Assembly: GCA_013153865.1 (NCBI GenBank)
Contig: JAADDR010000188.1
Location: forward strand, 1 to 49,234
Length of the DNA stretch: 49,234 nucleotides
Direction of reading: 5' to 3'
Origin: Chlorobiota bacterium
GTDB lineage: Bacteria > Bacteroidota > Bacteroidia > Bacteroidales > JAADGE01
The position numbers and the translations under genes are program-made. The notes under the pieces are model-generated. The model had not been told where the DNA came from. It saw nothing but the letters and a program-made list of their open reading frames with translations, and did not search any database. This document shows, one piece after another, positions 46,557-49,234 of this stretch. The first letter of the stretch is position 1; each line of letters starts with the position of its first letter.

Positions 46557-47699
46557 ATGAAAAAGCTGATTTTAATTTTAATACCGGTTTTAGCATTATT
46601 TGCTTGTAAAAATTCCGAAAAAGAAGGTTTTACCGTTTCCGGAACCGTAAAAAATGCCGGGGGCAAACAATTGATTTTAAATAAATTTTTACCGAACAAA
46701 ACAGAACCCTTGGATACCGTAACATTAGGAGAAGACGGCAAATACAGTTTTACTGAAACTACCGCTGCTCCTGAGTTGTTCGGTTTGCAACTCGAAGGAC
46801 AAAACGGGCAAATTATATTTATTGCAGATTCTTTAAGCAAAATAACAATAAATGCAGACACATTAAATTTCAGAACAAATTATACGGTAAGCGGCTCTAA
46901 AGACTCGGAATTATTACAACAACTTTACAATCAACTCGATAAAGCTTTCGACAAATTAGATTCGCTTAACAAAATTTATATTACGCAAAAAGGAAAAGTT
47001 GACACCGATTCTCTTGTTGCAAGTATTACCGCCGCATCGCAAAATATAATAAACGAACATAAAAAATACTCCGAAAAATTTATAAACGAACACAGCGATT
47101 CTCCGGCAGCCATTATTGCCTTATACCAACAGTTCGGAAGAGGAATGAATGTTTTTGACATTAATGCCGACCGCGAATTATTTACAAAAACCGATGAAGC
47201 GCTTTATAAATTATATCCTAAATCGAGTTTTGTAAAAGGACTTCACGAATATATAGCCGGAAATCCGCCCATGCCTACCATAGGAAGTATTGCTCCGGAT
47301 ATAGATTTGCCTTCGCCCGACGGCAAAAACATAAAATTATCTTCTTTAAGAGGAAACTACGTTTTGCTTGATTTTTGGGCTGCATGGTGTCGTCCTTGTC
47401 GTGCGGAAAATCCGAATGTGGTAAAAAATTATCATAAATATAAAAAATCCGGATTTACGGTATATCAAGTATCTTTAGATCGTAATAAAGAAGATTGGGT
47501 AAAAGCCATAGAAGCCGACGGGTTAGGAGAATGGAATCACGTAAGCGATTTAAAATACTGGGACTCTGCACCTGCCGCACTTTACGGAGTAAGAGGTATT
47601 CCGGCTAACTTTTTAATTAATCCGGAAGGAAAAATAATAGCCGTAAATTTAAGAGGTCCGCTTCTCGGGCAAAAATTAAGCGAAATTTACGGATACTGA
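46557..47699 (+). CDS. TlpA-like disulfide reductase lipoprotein (DUF4369 + AhpC/TSA-redoxin)
   Basis: Lipobox LFAC; APDIDLPSPDG; LLDFWAAWCRPCRAENPN; IPANFLINPEG. TATTTTTG -7 element at 46456-46463. Confidence 0.92.
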   Translation: MKKLILILIPVLALFACKNSEKEGFTVSGTVKNAGGKQLILNKFLPNKTEPLDTVTLGEDGKYSFTETTAAPELFGLQLEGQNGQIIFIADSLSKITINADTLNFRTNYTVSGSKDSELLQQLYNQLDKAFDKLDSLNKIYITQKGKVDTDSLVASITAASQNIINEHKKYSEKFINEHSDSPAAIIALYQQFGRGMNVFDINADRELFTKTDEALYKLYPKSSFVKGLHEYIAGNPPMPTIGSIAPDIDLPSPDGKNIKLSSLRGNYVLLDFWAAWCRPCRAENPNVVKNYHKYKKSGFTVYQVSLDRNKEDWVKAIEADGLGEWNHVSDLKYWDSAPAALYGVRGIPANFLINPEGKIIAVNLRGPLLGQKLSEIYGY

Positions 47700-47718
47700 A
47701 ATACCGGACGCAAAAAAG

Positions 47719-47752
47719 AAGAAGTTGTTGAAAAAGCAGCTTCTTTTTTTTT
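47719..47752 (+). terminator. Intrinsic terminator
   Basis: AAGAAGTTGTT (47719-47729) / AGCAGCTTCTT (47735-47745) with two G-U pairs, followed by a T run. Confidence 0.75.
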
Positions 47753-47773
47753 GTAATTTCGAAATAATTAACT

Positions 47774-48586
47774 TTGCCGACAGTGAACGGGAAATTTACA
47801 TATTTTTTATCCGATATTCATCTCGGGCTGCCGGACAGGAAAAAAAGTTTGCAACGCGAACTTAAACTGGTAAAATTTCTTGACGAAATAAAAAACAGTG
47901 CCGAAAGTATTTATTTTGCGGGCGATATATTCGATTTTTGGTGGGAATACAAATCGGTGGTTCCGCGCGGATATGTTCGTTTTCTCGGCAAAATTGCCGA
48001 ATTGTCGGATTCAGGCGTAAAAATATTCTTTTTTACGGGTAATCACGACATATGGATGAAAGATTATCTGAAAGAAGAACTCGGAACGGAAATTCTGCAT
48101 AAAGAATTAAAAACCGAAATAAAGGGCAAAAAGTTTTATATTGCTCACGGCGACGGTTTAGGACCGGGAGACAAAAAATATAAATTCTTAAAAAAGATAT
48201 TCACAAATCGTTTTTTGCAAAAATGTTTTTCGCTTCTGCATCCCGATACGGCTTTCGGTATTGCAAAAAAGTGGTCGCACAGCCGGCGCAAAAAAGAAAC
48301 ATCTTACGACTTTAAAGGCAAAGACAAAGAACTGCTTTTTTTGCATTCAGAAGATATTCTGAAAAAAGAACATTTCGATTATTTAATTTACGGGCACAGG
48401 CATTTTCCGGTTATGCTAAGTGCCGGTAAATCGTCAGTGCACATAAACCTCGGCGATTGGCTGGTAAATTTTACTTACGGAATATTCGACGGTAAAGATT
48501 TTCGTTTAAAAACTTATAAAAACAATAAACAGGAAGATTTTATCGTTGATTTAAATCATACAATCCGCATCAATTTATTTAACTGA
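47774..48586 (+). CDS. lpxH: UDP-2,3-diacylglucosamine diphosphatase (calcineurin-like metallophosphoesterase)
   Basis: SDIHLG, GDIFDFW, GNHD, HGDG, GHRH, NLGDW. True start may be GTG at 47783. Confidence 0.88.
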   Translation: MPTVNGKFTYFLSDIHLGLPDRKKSLQRELKLVKFLDEIKNSAESIYFAGDIFDFWWEYKSVVPRGYVRFLGKIAELSDSGVKIFFFTGNHDIWMKDYLKEELGTEILHKELKTEIKGKKFYIAHGDGLGPGDKKYKFLKKIFTNRFLQKCFSLLHPDTAFGIAKKWSHSRRKKETSYDFKGKDKELLFLHSEDILKKEHFDYLIYGHRHFPVMLSAGKSSVHINLGDWLVNFTYGIFDGKDFRLKTYKNNKQEDFIVDLNHTIRINLFN

Positions 48587-48591
48587 TTTTT

Positions 48592-49233
48592 TTATTTGTA
48601 ATAATCGAATTGCCACAAAGACATGTTAAGAACCGATTCTATTTCATCTTCCAAATCGTCGTCGAGTGCCGGAAAGAAATCCAAGCCTGTAACCGCTTCG
48701 ACAGAATCTACCGATACGGCATAATTTTTAAATGTATCGCTTATATATTCGTTGGGCATTAAAAATCCTATTGCTTTTTCGTTGTCTAAATCCAGTATTA
48801 CTTTGTAAAACATTTCGGGCACACTTACTTTATGCGGTCCTATGGTCGGTAATCCGTCTTTTAATACCGGACCCGTTACCACTATTACACCGTTGTATAT
48901 TATTGCCCAATGTCTTACTTCCATTTCGAGATACATCCATTTGCCTTCGTTAAATTCGTGCAGTTGCGGAGATATGTTGCTCATATAGAAACTTTCGGAT
49001 TCTGCTTTTTCCGACCATCTGAAGTCCGCAGCCGGAGCCATATGACCTCTTGCATAAGTATCTTCGGTAGGTTCGTAGTCGCTTAAGTCGGCGCTTCCCG
49101 TAGGAACGAGAGGGTCAGGTCTGAAATCGTCTGTTCTGTCGTATTCGGTTGCTTCGGCTTCTTCTTTGGTAAGTTCATATGCCACCCAATCGGCTTGCTC
49201 GTGTTGTTCGTTGTAAGACAGTGTATATGCGTA
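48592..49233 (-). CDS. DNA/RNA non-specific endonuclease (NucA/EndoG family), 5'-truncated
   Basis: Frame stays open to the window edge (YAYTLSYNEQHEQADWVAYE); YARGHMAPAADF; SFYMSNISPQ..FNEGKW; VPEMFYKV. Confidence 0.92.
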   Translation of the reverse strand, partial: YAYTLSYNEQHEQADWVAYELTKEEAEATEYDRTDDFRPDPLVPTGSADLSDYEPTEDTYARGHMAPAADFRWSEKAESESFYMSNISPQLHEFNEGKWMYLEMEVRHWAIIYNGVIVVTGPVLKDGLPTIGPHKVSVPEMFYKVILDLDNEKAIGFLMPNEYISDTFKNYAVSVDSVEAVTGLDFFPALDDDLEDEIESVLNMSLWQFDYYK

Positions 49234-49234
49234 A

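Noticed and set aside
46399-47710. ATACCGGACG direct repeat as a target-site duplication around the second TlpA gene
   Set aside because: No mobility gene or terminal inverted repeats, and CCGG words appear common here. Kept only as part of the intergenic-motif finding.
48592-49233. NucA/EndoG nuclease and the MazG-like gene as anti-phage defence genes
   Set aside because: Both are common housekeeping-type families and sit in non-defence neighbourhoods here.

Overview
AT-rich chromosomal window from a Bacteroidota (probably Bacteroidales-like) bacterium, inferred from TAnnTTTG -7 promoters, a type IX secretion C-terminal signal and a propeller/Y_Y_Y sensor. It holds about 36 CDSs, two truncated by the window edges. 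Envelope and signalling genes: OmpA/PD40 protein, propeller-Y_Y_Y-SpoIIE sensor phosphatase, two TlpA-like redoxins, TetR-TolC-MFP-RND efflux cassette, MscS, CPBP protease, beta-barrels, a 2174-aa T9SS cargo, SiaC-like protein and an atypical receiver. There is a split glycan cluster (GT4, wcaF, GT2, gmd) and housekeeping genes (ispB-like, dnaG, metK with a SAM-II-type riboswitch, elbB, nhaC, lpxH). I saw no tRNA, rRNA, CRISPR array, integrase or transposase. The most striking signal is at 33269-33380: four copies of the 13-mer TAACCCGAT(A/T)ATT on a 33-bp lattice, with the second copy flipped between its own 15-bp inverted repeats and the fourth inside the promoter spacer of an AAA_14/DUF4143 ATPase-nuclease gene sitting between wcaF and GT2. 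Other notable signals are an extreme A+C strand bias at the left end that fades rightwards, a probable second TetR operator inside the tolC 5' end, an alternative helix in the metK leader, and several unannotated repeat-domain secreted proteins. All family calls are from motif recognition by eye; no database search was run.
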